64,000 nucleotides of DNA from Candidatus Bathyarchaeia archaeon (GCA_049515895.1 JBEKTQ010000020.1:11387-75386); one strand, 5' to 3'. Positions 18,615-28,770 are shown, counted from the first letter of the stretch. Notes: generated from the letters alone by a model not told the origin. Numbers and translations: made by a program.

Positions 18615-19681
18615 GCTACCTTGCCTATTGCTTTGACTATTGCTGTTATGAAATCTTCTGGTGAAGCGCCAGGGGTTGTAACATTTCCCTTAGAGTAGAA
18701 GGAGGTTACAGCTTGACGAACTGATGTCTCATCAGCTCTGACTCCTCTGAGCATGGCTTCAAGGGCGACTATTGCTTCTACAGGATGCATTAGATAGTCA
18801 CCTGTTATCATTATCTCTATTATCCTGTTGTCAGTAATGTAAGCGTTTATTCTGATTACTCCTTTTTTGGCTTTGTGAATGTATGTTGCGTTGACTCGTT
18901 TGAACAAACGTGGGTTAATGTTCCATGTGTCTTGCTCGAACCTTTCATCAAAGACTGTGGGTTCGAGCTCTCTATCTGTCAAATCCCCTTCGAGAAGAGT
19001 GATATTCAACGCTTTTTCAAATCCTGTTCGAATAGCCTTCTTTATCTGGTCCAAACTAAACGGATCCTTGCCGGATTTCAAAGTCTCTTTATTTATCCAA
19101 GTAATTCGATCTTCGATCTTTGTTAAGCCTTTGTCTTGAAGTTTCTCTTTGGGAGCCTTTATCAACAAAGCCAATGTTGGAAGATCTATTTCGGTGGTGA
19201 TGAAGCCATGTTGAATTATCATTCCAAAACTCCTGTGCTGAGAACTGCCAGAGAACTTCTTCCCTCCGATCAGAACGTCGTTGATCGGGACAAAAGTTGC
19301 ATCTAGCCCCAATTCCTTAAGACCGAGGGTAACACCGTTGCAGATTACTTTGTAGGTTTCCTCAACATTTTTGGGCATTGATTTGCTCCTTTCGTCTGCA
19401 ATTATTGAATATGCCAAAACGGTCGGTGTAAGATATCCTGTTCCGCCGCCACCCATGCGCCGTATAATTGGAACCCCAAGTTCTTTGGCCGCTTGAACAT
19501 CTACTTCTTCATAGACGTTCTGGAAGTAGCCTAATGTAAGATACGGCTTGTCTGCCCTCCAAAGTAGTAAGGTATTCTTGACCTTTTTTTCAGCAACGGC
19601 TTCTTCGATGGCATGAAGAAAAGGAAGCTCTATCACGTCTAAATCAACAAATCTCCACTTATCCAAAGATTTCACGCTCAC
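18611..19681 (-). CDS. lplA: Lipoate-protein ligase (catalytic plus C-terminal domain)
   Basis: WRFVD, LGYFQ, RRMGGGGTGY, NDVLIGGKKFSGSSQ, C-terminal ITGDY. Confidence 0.9.
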   Translation of the reverse strand: MSVKSLDKWRFVDLDVIELPFLHAIEEAVAEKKVKNTLLLWRADKPYLTLGYFQNVYEEVDVQAAKELGVPIIRRMGGGGTGYLTPTVLAYSIIADERSKSMPKNVEETYKVICNGVTLGLKELGLDATFVPINDVLIGGKKFSGSSQHRSFGMIIQHGFITTEIDLPTLALLIKAPKEKLQDKGLTKIEDRITWINKETLKSGKDPFSLDQIKKAIRTGFEKALNITLLEGDLTDRELEPTVFDERFEQDTWNINPRLFKRVNATYIHKAKKGVIRINAYITDNRIIEIMITGDYLMHPVEAIVALEAMLRGVRADETSVRQAVTSFYSKGNVTTPGASPEDFITAIVKAIGKVA

Positions 19682-19828
19682 TCACAACTGTACGCAGCAA
19701 TCATTACACAGTTTAACTATTGCGGCCTTTAACATTCTTTTCATCATTTCTTGACCGAAACTTAAGGTTGCGCCTAAACATCTTATTTTCAGTTTCTCAT
19801 TGTCTTTAGAGTTAATAGAGTGTAGTAA

Positions 19829-19842
19829 GTTGCAAAAGCTAC
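19829..19842 (-). promoter_or_regulatory. Putative operator upstream of the lplA unit
   Basis: Minus strand reads GTAGCTTTTGCAAC, 11 nt, TATTAA. Confidence 0.65.
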
Positions 19843-19887
19843 AAACATGTTGAAACACACGCTAACCAAGTCACTCAGACATGCAGG

Positions 19888-20922
19888 TTATTTTAGTTGT
19901 GATTCGTCCACTGAGCAGCACATTATATCGTTGTATGATTTGATGTCGAGTCCAAGATTCCGGGCTGTTCGAAGTGAATTTTCTGTAGGAATTGCCAATT
20001 TGCCAATTCCAGCCCGGATAGCCAGCTCGTCTATCTTTTCACGATAGTCTTTTCCAGGTCGCACACAACCCAGCGAGACGGAAGTGTTTGGAAACATCAA
20101 ATTGGCAATCGAAATGACCTTTGCTACATCCTCAGGGGAAGAAGGAAGAATATCAGCCATCGCTGTCTCTTTGGTAGGAATAAGAACCACAATGGCGATT
20201 GTAGATACTTTAGCATGTGACACTATCTCGAGAGCTTTGGCTTCTCCTTTTAATTGTCCAAAGTGAAGTCCGACACAAATATGAGGAGAAATATTTGGAA
20301 TTCCTGCAGCGTTCAGTGCTGACAGAGTTTTTGAGTAGTCATCAGGAGTAATTTCAACACCATAAACACCTCGAGTGGTTTCAGCAGATCCAACAACGTC
20401 GAGCAAGGCAATGTCTAAGCCAGCCTCAACGAGCATCTTTGCTTTTTCGTAATCTACTGGACCCGTATGAGCAGAGATAATTAAGCCTGTCTCTCGCTTG
20501 ATTTTGCGTATCGTGTCTGCAAATTGATCCAATGGAATAGTCCCGTCTTTTCTGCTTCCTCCGCTTAGAAGCACGCCTGGAGCATGGTTTGCAGCCAATT
20601 TTTTGCAGACTCGAAGCAGTTTTTCAGGATCACTCGCAGGAAGCATGTGCCTCAAGTAATGTTGACTGCAGTGCTTACAGTTTAGACTGCAGGATCGACC
20701 CGTAATAGATACAGGCTGGAAAGCTTTATGATATACAGTAAGGGTCTTACCAGTTTTTTTGTCTGAAACATGTCTAGATTCAGATAATAATTCGGGGAGT
20801 TGATCGTTGCAAATCGACATTAGCAGTTGGGCTTCATCGCCATTAATAGGCGTGCCTTTGTGCGCTTTGTCATGTATTTGGCTTAAGTCTTGTTTTGTCA
20901 GATCAGGGAACTCCCAGGTCAA
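19888..20922 (-). CDS. lipS1: Radical SAM lipoyl synthase component, LipS1-like
   Basis: CSLNCKHC, C-terminal GCVR and CC motifs. Confidence 0.8.
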   Translation of the reverse strand: MTWEFPDLTKQDLSQIHDKAHKGTPINGDEAQLLMSICNDQLPELLSESRHVSDKKTGKTLTVYHKAFQPVSITGRSCSLNCKHCSQHYLRHMLPASDPEKLLRVCKKLAANHAPGVLLSGGSRKDGTIPLDQFADTIRKIKRETGLIISAHTGPVDYEKAKMLVEAGLDIALLDVVGSAETTRGVYGVEITPDDYSKTLSALNAAGIPNISPHICVGLHFGQLKGEAKALEIVSHAKVSTIAIVVLIPTKETAMADILPSSPEDVAKVISIANLMFPNTSVSLGCVRPGKDYREKIDELAIRAGIGKLAIPTENSLRTARNLGLDIKSYNDIMCCSVDESQLK

Positions 20923-20934
20923 AACATTAAGGGG

Positions 20935-21390
20935 TCATGGTTCGTCATAATCGCCGAATTTCTCTTTTTCCTCGTCAATTATAGTCTTGTAGTATTTGGC
21001 CGCCTTCTTAGAATCCATAAGTTCTTTCAGTTCAAGCTTCGGGTCATTCACGGCAATCACAAATAACCAGCCTTTGCCGTATGGCTCCTCGTTAATCATG
21101 TCCGGTTGCTTGTAGAGGGCATTATTTGTCTTAGTAACTTTCCCACTCAAAGGAGCATGAATCCTAAACACTGCCTTTATTGTTTCGAAAGAACCTATTT
21201 CTTCCCCCTGTTTCCTTTGATCCCCTTCAAGCGGCAAATCGACATGTACAATTTCTTTGCAGAGAGCCTCTCCAAGACTTGTAAAGCCAACTTTTGCTTC
21301 ACTTCCCGTTAGGTCTATCCACAAATGATCCTTGCTGTAGTATAGGTTTGGTGGAAAATTAAAGCCTTCAACTTTAACCATATATTTCAT
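20935..21390 (-). CDS. gcvH: GcvH-like lipoyl carrier protein
   Basis: YSKDHLW, ETIKA (lipoyl Lys), APLSG, PYGKGW. Confidence 0.9.
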   Translation of the reverse strand: MKYMVKVEGFNFPPNLYYSKDHLWIDLTGSEAKVGFTSLGEALCKEIVHVDLPLEGDQRKQGEEIGSFETIKAVFRIHAPLSGKVTKTNNALYKQPDMINEEPYGKGWLFVIAVNDPKLELKELMDSKKAAKYYKTIIDEEKEKFGDYDEP

Positions 21391-22367
21391 CTCTTTCCTT
21401 TTTTAGATTTTTTTCGTTCATGCTTTTCACTTTTTTTAATACTTATGGTTTGACCAACTTCAAGTTTGATTTGGCCGACCTTCAACGGGATGAGCTTGAT
21501 TTCGCAGACGTTGCCCAAACACAGCCTGCTGGAAATTCCCTGATATTCGAAATCGTTAACAGTTGTTTTGAAAGGGGTAATTTCCATCTTGGTTAATCCA
21601 TTAAGGCTTTCATTTACAGTCCCTATTTGTGTATGGTTAAGGTACACTGGGGAGCCAATGTTCATTTTCTCATTAGTCACCAAAGCTCCGTAACCTAGGA
21701 AGGGAATTCCCCCGTCAAGAAGCCCAAAAGTCTCGTCGACTCTTGCTTGTAAACCCGAAAAATTGCCTATAGTTGCCCAATGTTCAGGACTTGGTCGGAT
21801 AGTCGCGTAGCGAGCCTCCACCTTTGTCACGACGCCTGTCAAGTTCTCTTCAGCTTGGGTTTTTGGTGCAACAGGGCCTTTGTTGTCTGATTCATTTAGA
21901 ACCGAAAGGCGATGGGAACCTAGAGCCCTTAAGGATTCGTTAGGGTCGCGGAGTTCAACATGAATATGTGGCTCTACCCAGAAAGGATAATACCCACTTC
22001 GAATAAGCACAGCAATTTTTTCCCCGACGCTAACGCTTTTGCCTAATCCAACTTTTGGACATGCATGAATAATTTTCACGTATACTGAAGGGTTCTCGGC
22101 AGATTCAATGAGGGTCAGATACTCATAGATGGGGGGTTTATCGGAAAATGGACTGGGCGAGGAGTACTTCTTCACGTCTCTGACTATGCCGTTTACTGGG
22201 CAAGCAACCTCGTCGTTGAATTTGGCGCCAGCTGGATAAATATCCAATGCTCCAAACGCTCGATGTGCTGGATAAGGACTGCTACAAAAGGAAACGTAAC
22301 TCTCTTTCGGAGCATAAATTTTTACACCAAGTGTGCCTGCAACCGGAGTAAATATCGCCTCGCTCAT
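21387..22367 (-). CDS. Hypothetical protein with M23/LytM-like His motifs
   Basis: PAH...ALDIYP, CPVNG, IIH, PHIHVELR. Confidence 0.55.
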   Translation of the reverse strand: MSEAIFTPVAGTLGVKIYAPKESYVSFCSSPYPAHRAFGALDIYPAGAKFNDEVACPVNGIVRDVKKYSSPSPFSDKPPIYEYLTLIESAENPSVYVKIIHACPKVGLGKSVSVGEKIAVLIRSGYYPFWVEPHIHVELRDPNESLRALGSHRLSVLNESDNKGPVAPKTQAEENLTGVVTKVEARYATIRPSPEHWATIGNFSGLQARVDETFGLLDGGIPFLGYGALVTNEKMNIGSPVYLNHTQIGTVNESLNGLTKMEITPFKTTVNDFEYQGISSRLCLGNVCEIKLIPLKVGQIKLEVGQTISIKKSEKHERKKSKKGKR

Positions 22368-23392
22368 TTTACACCGGCTCCTTTTGAAACGTTGACCTGT
22401 TTCTTTATCTCCCTCAACTCTTCCTCTGAAGGAAGGACAGGAAAATTATAAATCTTCTTTTCAGGAGTCTCATTAGCGAATGGCCGGTTGCAGTCAGGAC
22501 ATCCTGATGTAAGGAAAGGTTCACCGTGAGCGATTGTCTTCTCCACCTCTTCTTTGGCTATTCCGAAATCTTTGATTTCGCCAGATTCGTTGAATAGCAT
22601 TTTTTCTGCTCGAGTTAGATTTTGGTAAATTAGGTAGTTAGCTAATTTTATCCGTCGATAACTCTCAATTGACGGAGGCTGACCGCCCGCCAACCGTGTG
22701 CCGGCAATAGGGGTGAAAGCGAAAAGCGCACTGTAAACACCCTCATCGTTAAGTTTCGCCAATAAATCCACTGCTTCATGCTCAGTTTCGCCTAAGCCCA
22801 CCATCAAATGTGTGCCGACGTTGCCTTTGCCCATTATTTCGACCGCGTCGTGTATCGCTTTAAGGTGGCTTTCCCATCTGTAAGGACCTGCAGCCTTAGC
22901 GCCTTTAATATCATCAAATATTTCTTCGTTCGCCGCATCCAGAGGAATTATTATTTTTTGAACACCACTGTCCCTTAGACGCTTAATCTGCTCCGCCGGA
23001 ACTGAAAAAATAGAGACTGATATTGGCGCGGCAACCTCGGCATTCAATCTGTTGACCACCCAGAGCAATTCGTTCATGAGGTTAGAATAATTCAGGGTTT
23101 GGATGCATATCCGTTTAATGAATTTGCGTTTAGCCGCTTTTTTCAGCCGAGTGATTACCAATTCCGCATCGTATGGCAAGTACAGCCCCCTTGCGATCTT
23201 GTCAACCTTAGCTTCAGAAGTTTTCGCTTGAGCACAAAACTTGCAGTTGGCGGCACATCTGCCAGGGTAGTAAGTCTGTAAATACGCTGTAGTTGGAGCA
23301 TTATCGCGATTCATAAAAGCCATTTCAAGCCCTAAAATAACTGCAGTACCGATGGAAACACGTATTTTTTTAACAGGTTGATTGAGTGTCAC
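22364..23392 (-). CDS. lipS2: Radical SAM lipoyl synthase component, LipS2-like
   Basis: CAANCKFC and C-terminal TSGCPDCNRP. Confidence 0.85.
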   Translation of the reverse strand: MTLNQPVKKIRVSIGTAVILGLEMAFMNRDNAPTTAYLQTYYPGRCAANCKFCAQAKTSEAKVDKIARGLYLPYDAELVITRLKKAAKRKFIKRICIQTLNYSNLMNELLWVVNRLNAEVAAPISVSIFSVPAEQIKRLRDSGVQKIIIPLDAANEEIFDDIKGAKAAGPYRWESHLKAIHDAVEIMGKGNVGTHLMVGLGETEHEAVDLLAKLNDEGVYSALFAFTPIAGTRLAGGQPPSIESYRRIKLANYLIYQNLTRAEKMLFNESGEIKDFGIAKEEVEKTIAHGEPFLTSGCPDCNRPFANETPEKKIYNFPVLPSEEELREIKKQVNVSKGAGVK

Positions 23393-23395
23393 TTC

Positions 23396-24433
23396 TCAGG
23401 GTTCCTCCGTTGATGTTAGTCTAAGATAAGACGCGGGGGGCACTGCACAACACACGGCATAGGATTCAGTCGTCAACCCAATAGACTCCGATTGCTTGAG
23501 AGCAAAGTCAGACGGGGTTGCAATGCTCGTTACACCTGCTTGAATTGCCAGTTTCTCAATAAGTGCCCTGTCAGCTCCTTTAGACCTTGCGCACCCTAAA
23601 GTTATGGGAACGTTAGGAAACATCAACCGAGAGACTGAAACAACCTTGGCAACATCATAAGGGTTCACAGTTACTTTTTCCAACGGAGTACCTCTCAGCG
23701 GCATTAGCGCAGTTATTACAACCGTTGTGGGTTTGATGCCGGAGATTATTTCTAGAGATGTTAATTCATGTTTAAGGTTGCCAAAATTGAGCCCAACGCA
23801 AACATGTGGAGATATTATCGGTATTTTGGCCTTTTCGAGAGCTTTCAGAGTTCTGGTGTAGGTTTTGGGTTTTATTTCGATTCCGTAGACAGCTTTTGTC
23901 GTTTCGGGTGAACCAACAACATCTACGGCGGCGCCATCTAATCCAGTTGACGCCAATTTTTCTGCTTCTTGAAAATCCACAATTCCAGTGTGGGCGATTA
24001 CTATGAGATTAGTCTTCTTCTTAACTGAAGATATAGCATCTAAGAAGTTGCCAAGGGGAACCTTGCCGCTTGGCAGACAGCCCCCAGTGATTAGAACGCC
24101 TTTAGCGCCTTTCTTTGCTAGTTTTTCACAAATTTCTACGAGTTTTGTAGGAGATGGAGCAGCCGTCAAGTTTTGCAGGAGTTTGGTCTGGCAGTGTTTA
24201 CATCTTAAAGCACATTCGCTGCCGGTCACGGATAATGCGGGGAAGTATCGTGATGTATAGTAGAAGTTGATTTTTCGACCCATCTGCTTATCAGACAGGG
24301 CTCTTGTGGTTGCCGATAGAGACAATATTTGGGTTGCGTCCTTTAGCTCTAAGAGTTCTTTTGCTTCGTGAATGGATATTGCCTTGTTCTCGAACCCTTT
24401 TTCTCGTAACTCCGTAAATTTGTTTGTTAACAC
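23396..24433 (-). CDS. lipS1: Radical SAM lipoyl synthase component, LipS1-like (second copy)
   Basis: CALRCKHC, GCAR and CC motifs; paralog of 19888-20922. Confidence 0.82.
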   Translation of the reverse strand: MLTNKFTELREKGFENKAISIHEAKELLELKDATQILSLSATTRALSDKQMGRKINFYYTSRYFPALSVTGSECALRCKHCQTKLLQNLTAAPSPTKLVEICEKLAKKGAKGVLITGGCLPSGKVPLGNFLDAISSVKKKTNLIVIAHTGIVDFQEAEKLASTGLDGAAVDVVGSPETTKAVYGIEIKPKTYTRTLKALEKAKIPIISPHVCVGLNFGNLKHELTSLEIISGIKPTTVVITALMPLRGTPLEKVTVNPYDVAKVVSVSRLMFPNVPITLGCARSKGADRALIEKLAIQAGVTSIATPSDFALKQSESIGLTTESYAVCCAVPPASYLRLTSTEEP

Positions 24434-25258
24434 TTACGCACCATCTACGTTGTCATAAGGCATGAGTTTGTCGGTTTTGATGTCCATGTTATAGGTCCAT
24501 TCTTTTGATGCGAACTTCGGTTCTAGACTTTTGATTAGTTCGGTTTCTTTTCTGGTGAGTGTTTCATATTTTATTTCGGTGTTTAGCACTTTTTCGAAGC
24601 CTGACTTTATTGTTTTCTTGACTTCGGACAGTTCGATTCTTCTCGATAGTTCTCTGTTGATGCAGGTCAAACCTTCTTCGATTGAATTTATTCCGGGCTT
24701 CAAATTCTTGAATGGATTCCTAAAAACTTTCGACATTGTTTCAAAGTCAAAGTCGACGAGTAGACTGCCACCCACTATTTGAGCGCCGGTTAGGCCAGTA
24801 GAGGAATTTCCGGATACTTTCTTCCCGTTAATCCAAATTGCGTTGTTGTAGTCCGACACCAAAGTAACGTCGTTGAAACCAAGGTCTCGCAGACCCTGCA
24901 AGACTCCACGGAGAGCGTAGTTATACATTCTTTGAATAATTGATGAAATTGGCGCAATAGGGTGGTCAGTGCCGATAACAATGTCATATAGAAGCTGGTT
25001 TTTGTCAACATATCCTGTTCCGCCACCGAGGATTCGGCGAACGATACTTACGCCCAATTTCTCGCATACGTCTGCATAAACCTCTTCTTTCACAAGTTGA
25101 AAATAGCCCAAGCAGACAAACGGCTTCGTCGGTCTCCAGAAAATAATTGTGTTAGGAACCAGATTCCTTGATCGGGCAATGCCAACTGCTTCTACAGTAG
25201 CAACTCCGGTCACTGGATCCACTAAATCTGTATCTATGAGCCTCCATTGTTCAACCGT
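24434..25258 (-). CDS. Lipoate ligase/octanoyltransferase catalytic domain (LipM/LplA-N type)
   Basis: RRILGGGTGY, GKKVSG. Frame extends to the conserved WRLID motif, implying an ACG/GTT start near 25258. Confidence 0.85.
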   Translation of the reverse strand, partial: TVEQWRLIDTDLVDPVTGVATVEAVGIARSRNLVPNTIIFWRPTKPFVCLGYFQLVKEEVYADVCEKLGVSIVRRILGGGTGYVDKNQLLYDIVIGTDHPIAPISSIIQRMYNYALRGVLQGLRDLGFNDVTLVSDYNNAIWINGKKVSGNSSTGLTGAQIVGGSLLVDFDFETMSKVFRNPFKNLKPGINSIEEGLTCINRELSRRIELSEVKKTIKSGFEKVLNTEIKYETLTRKETELIKSLEPKFASKEWTYNMDIKTDKLMPYDNVDGA

Positions 25259-25562
25259 TTACGATTCCTCGTCAATGTTCTTTCTTAACTTATTTCATTG
25301 CCAAATAATAATCGTTATTAAGTACACCTGGCTAGCGCACGCAGAGGCTAAGGACGCGAACCTAACTAATAAATTCCAGTTAATAACAAAGAGAACAAAC
25401 CGAAACTGAGCAATTAATTGCGTTTTAGGATTTATGAAGCTTAGACACTGCACGAAACCCTAATGTTGGCTAAAAGTGACATTGAAAATGCAAATTCTAT
25501 TGTGCAAACCTAGAGAAAAATAAAAAGTTTGGGCGCGATTGTACACGCGCTTTTTGATGTTT

Positions 25563-26834
25563 TTAGGCTTGAAGTGGGTATTTGAAGACTTCAAGTATTG
25601 TCTTGACTGCAAATTCGATTGCAGGTAGCGGAATTGTTGGATCTCCAGTGGGAACTGATACGTAGGTTCTGTGGCCTTGAGTTGGATATTTCATAAATAG
25701 TTTTGCGTGCCTTGTAAAGTCGTTTCGGATAGCGTTTTGGTAGTCTGGGGAGAACATCGCTACGTTGTCAAATGCATCGTGAGCCCAAATGTTGTCGTAT
25801 TTGCGGGTGTTGTTATACCATTCGTCGACGTTTGGATGTTCACTGAAGCCTAGCATTCCTCCGCCGCCGTTTTCACTGAGGCACTTTGCAATTGGCACGT
25901 GCGCGGTCATTGGTCCTTCAGGGATTACTTCAGGTTGCCATCCTTTCTTTGCACAGTATTTTATGGCATCGGTATAGGTTATGTCGAAGACTTTTGCAAA
26001 TTCTTCGCCCGTTAGGTAGCTTGTTGAGTCGCACCAGGTTATCCAGTTGCCTTCTCCGGTGTCATCTATTTGTTGTCCAAGTATTTCGGTTTGTTTGTCA
26101 ATCTTCTTTTTCAGAAGAGCGGTTGTACCTTTGAGGCATAACTCAGCCAATTCCATGTTCTTTCGAATATCCATAACGAAATCTTTGATACCTCTTAGGA
26201 AACCAGCCATAGTTATTGGACCGCCACAGCAAGATGCTACTATAGGCATCTCTGGCACTAGTTTCATGAGTGCTTTGACTTCCCAGAAGTATATTGGCCA
26301 AGTTCCAGCTCTTAGTGCAGGCTCAGGAACGTTGTCTAAGAAGAATAGTGCATCTTCTTTGGTTCTGACAAATGGCTCTACGGCGAGCGGTGGACCGTTT
26401 TCGATGAATCTGAATTTTCTTGTTACAAGCTCTTCTCCGAATCCATAGTTGTACAGCCAATTCATGTCGGTAGTGCTTGCAAATTTTGCATACCACAGCA
26501 TTTGCCCTATTGCGTCCAAGTTAGGATGATTAATCATGTCTTTTGTGAAGAGTATCGATGGTGGATCCGCGAAGCCATCAAATATTCGTGTCATGGTTTG
26601 ATGCAGTCCACTGCAGTGACTGGGTAACCGGTCCAGTGGTTCATTAGTGAATAGAGCTTTGGCCCATCTTTGGCGAGGCATCATTTGTTCTTCTTTCTTG
26701 GTGTCAAGCCACTTTGCTTTTGCTTTCTCCAGCATAACCTCTTCCGTAGCAGTAAATTGGTAACTGAACGGCCCTTTGTTCCACCACAATGGATAATCGC
26801 GGTTGACTTCTTCAGAATTCCATTCTATATTCAT
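25563..26834 (-). CDS. Uroporphyrinogen decarboxylase/MtaA-family corrinoid methyltransferase
   Basis: GPITMAGFLRGIKDFVMDIRKN..LAE, EEFAKV, DPTIP; coupled to a corrinoid protein gene. Confidence 0.75.
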   Translation of the reverse strand: MNIEWNSEEVNRDYPLWWNKGPFSYQFTATEEVMLEKAKAKWLDTKKEEQMMPRQRWAKALFTNEPLDRLPSHCSGLHQTMTRIFDGFADPPSILFTKDMINHPNLDAIGQMLWYAKFASTTDMNWLYNYGFGEELVTRKFRFIENGPPLAVEPFVRTKEDALFFLDNVPEPALRAGTWPIYFWEVKALMKLVPEMPIVASCCGGPITMAGFLRGIKDFVMDIRKNMELAELCLKGTTALLKKKIDKQTEILGQQIDDTGEGNWITWCDSTSYLTGEEFAKVFDITYTDAIKYCAKKGWQPEVIPEGPMTAHVPIAKCLSENGGGGMLGFSEHPNVDEWYNNTRKYDNIWAHDAFDNVAMFSPDYQNAIRNDFTRHAKLFMKYPTQGHRTYVSVPTGDPTIPLPAIEFAVKTILEVFKYPLQA

Positions 26835-27547
26835 TACTTCACCCCCTTCTTAAGTCTCTCTTCTTTAAGTACTCGCATTAGTTCATCAGTTTTTTTAACC
26901 GCGTCAACCATGTCTGCGCCCCAACCGTCTAAGCCATATGTAGGTACGTCAGTTTCGAAGGTTGATTGTCCGCCTGCAACTACTTTCACGTTGTCTCGAA
27001 TTCCTAATTTCTGCAATTCTTTGACGACTTTAGGCATTGATGTTTTGCACATAGACATAGAGCAGCTGATTCCGACTATGTCTGCTTTCGATCTTTTTGC
27101 TTCTATCGCAAAGTTTTTGGCTGGAACGTCTAAGCCAATATCGTTGATAACATATCCAGCTGATTCGTACATTGTTGAAACGAGGCTTTTTCCAATATCA
27201 TGTACGTCGCCCTCAATAGTTCCCAAGACTATCTTTCCCGGAAGCTCGGCCTTCTTTGCACCAGCTAACAATAGAGGTTTTAAGATGCTTGTGCTTTTTA
27301 CGAGGCATTCGCCTATCACAATCAGATCTGATAAAAGTAAGGCTTCGCTTTCGGAAACATTACTTACTCCTTCTGTTCCGCCAGCCCACCAGCTTTTCGA
27401 AGTAAGCTCTTTTGCATATCCCACAATTTTGTTTAGCAAATCAAAAGGTTCGGCGCCAGCATCCAAAGCTTTTTGGGTTAATTCTCCAAACTTATCTGGA
27501 TCTTGTGCCTTAAGAGTTTCTTTAAGCTCAGTATATATTGCTTCCAA
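26834..27547 (-). CDS. Corrinoid (B12-binding) methyl-carrier protein
   Basis: GDVHDIGK, DIGLDVP, VGIS, VAGG. Confidence 0.93.
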   Translation of the reverse strand: MEAIYTELKETLKAQDPDKFGELTQKALDAGAEPFDLLNKIVGYAKELTSKSWWAGGTEGVSNVSESEALLLSDLIVIGECLVKSTSILKPLLLAGAKKAELPGKIVLGTIEGDVHDIGKSLVSTMYESAGYVINDIGLDVPAKNFAIEAKRSKADIVGISCSMSMCKTSMPKVVKELQKLGIRDNVKVVAGGQSTFETDVPTYGLDGWGADMVDAVKKTDELMRVLKEERLKKGVK

Positions 27548-27605
27548 ATGTTTACCTCCGACGTCTGAACCGAATTAATCAAAAAAACCTTATAGCTTGT
27601 AGGTA

Positions 27606-27619
27606 GTTGCAAAAGTAAC
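27606..27619 (-). promoter_or_regulatory. Putative operator between the corrinoid gene and the divergent trmB
   Basis: Minus strand reads GTTACTTTTGCAAC, 11 nt, TATAAG. Confidence 0.75.
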
Positions 27620-27726
27620 CACCATCTATGTTACAGATCATAAAAAATTTTGATTCTACAATGGTTGTGGATTACCAAAAAGATCATATATATTATAATT
27701 TGATAAGAAGAGGATGAGGAATTAGA

Positions 27727-28545
27727 TTGAGCCAGAATCTGATATTGGCGAAACTAATTGAGTTGGGATTTACAGATCAAGAAGCACGAATATACATATT
27801 GTTAGCAAAAACAGGAACTCTAAAGGCGAAAGACATTTCGAGAACTTTAAAAATAAACAAAGTCCAAGTTTACCGTAGCCTGAGAAACCTTCAGAACAGA
27901 GATTTTGTTGAATCATCGCTTGGGTGCCCGGCGTTTTTTTCTGCAACGCCATTTGACAAGCTAATAGACCTCGTGGCGGAATCTAAAAGTTCAGAGGCCA
28001 TGTTGCTCAAAAGCAACAAAGGAGCATTGCTATCCCTGCTGGGAAGAATGGAACAGCTGACGCCAAATGAAATGGACAAGTTTACGGTCGTGGAAAACGC
28101 TAATACGATTTACTCATTAATCGATCAGTTTTTTAAGAAAGCCCAAAAAGAAATCGTGGTAATGGTTGATGATGCATACAAGGCAGTACCGAATTTTGAC
28201 GAGAATCATCGCATAACAAAAGCTAACCTCAAACGAGGAGTCAAATATAGATGCATTGGCAAAGATAACGAGCAAAATCATGAGTCTACAAAAAGAATCA
28301 TGAACGATGGATGGATCTTAAGAAATTTTGAGAATAGATACAGTAAAATAATTAATAACAACTTTCCGTGCTTTTTCATGAGAGACGAAAAAGAGCTAAT
28401 ACTATCAATGGAAAAAGACGCTTTCGGATACATCAAGAAAATAATGATCACTAACAACCAAGCACTAATCAGTCTAGTAAAACTGTTCTTTGAAAAAACA
28501 TGGTGTGACTCAGAAATTTCAGAAATTGCCAAACTATCACTCTAA
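27727..28545 (+). CDS. TrmB-family transcriptional regulator
   Basis: LGFTDQEARIYILL...KVQVYRSLRNL HTH, plus RDEKEL effector-type domain. Confidence 0.9.
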   Translation: MSQNLILAKLIELGFTDQEARIYILLAKTGTLKAKDISRTLKINKVQVYRSLRNLQNRDFVESSLGCPAFFSATPFDKLIDLVAESKSSEAMLLKSNKGALLSLLGRMEQLTPNEMDKFTVVENANTIYSLIDQFFKKAQKEIVVMVDDAYKAVPNFDENHRITKANLKRGVKYRCIGKDNEQNHESTKRIMNDGWILRNFENRYSKIINNNFPCFFMRDEKELILSMEKDAFGYIKKIMITNNQALISLVKLFFEKTWCDSEISEIAKLSL

Positions 28546-28770
28546 ACAGAAGTCACAAAAAAAGTCAAACTGTATCTCTAAGACTCTTTCAGTCGTTAAT
28601 TCAAGAGCTACTCTCATGTAAGCTTTTCTTCAGCGTTTAATCAGCAATTGACGCTAGGCATGTTCTGGATTGAATAAGAAATTGGAAAACAAATCAGATT
28701 TAGTTCTCGGTACACAGGGCAATTTTATGTGAAATTACAAATAGTTTCCGCCCAACATCCTTACTAGGGA

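Noticed and set aside
19888-24433. Biotin synthase annotation for the radical SAM genes
   Set aside because: GCxR/CC and TxGCPxCNRP motifs plus the ligase/GcvH context fit LipS1/LipS2 better.
25467-25480. Possible operator copy TGGCTAAAAGTGAC upstream of the ligase/lipS operon
   Set aside because: Only one half-site matches and there is no TATA at the 11-nt spacing.
26670-27578. 302-aa plus-strand ORF
   Set aside because: Antisense shadow of the corrinoid protein gene with no recognisable motifs.
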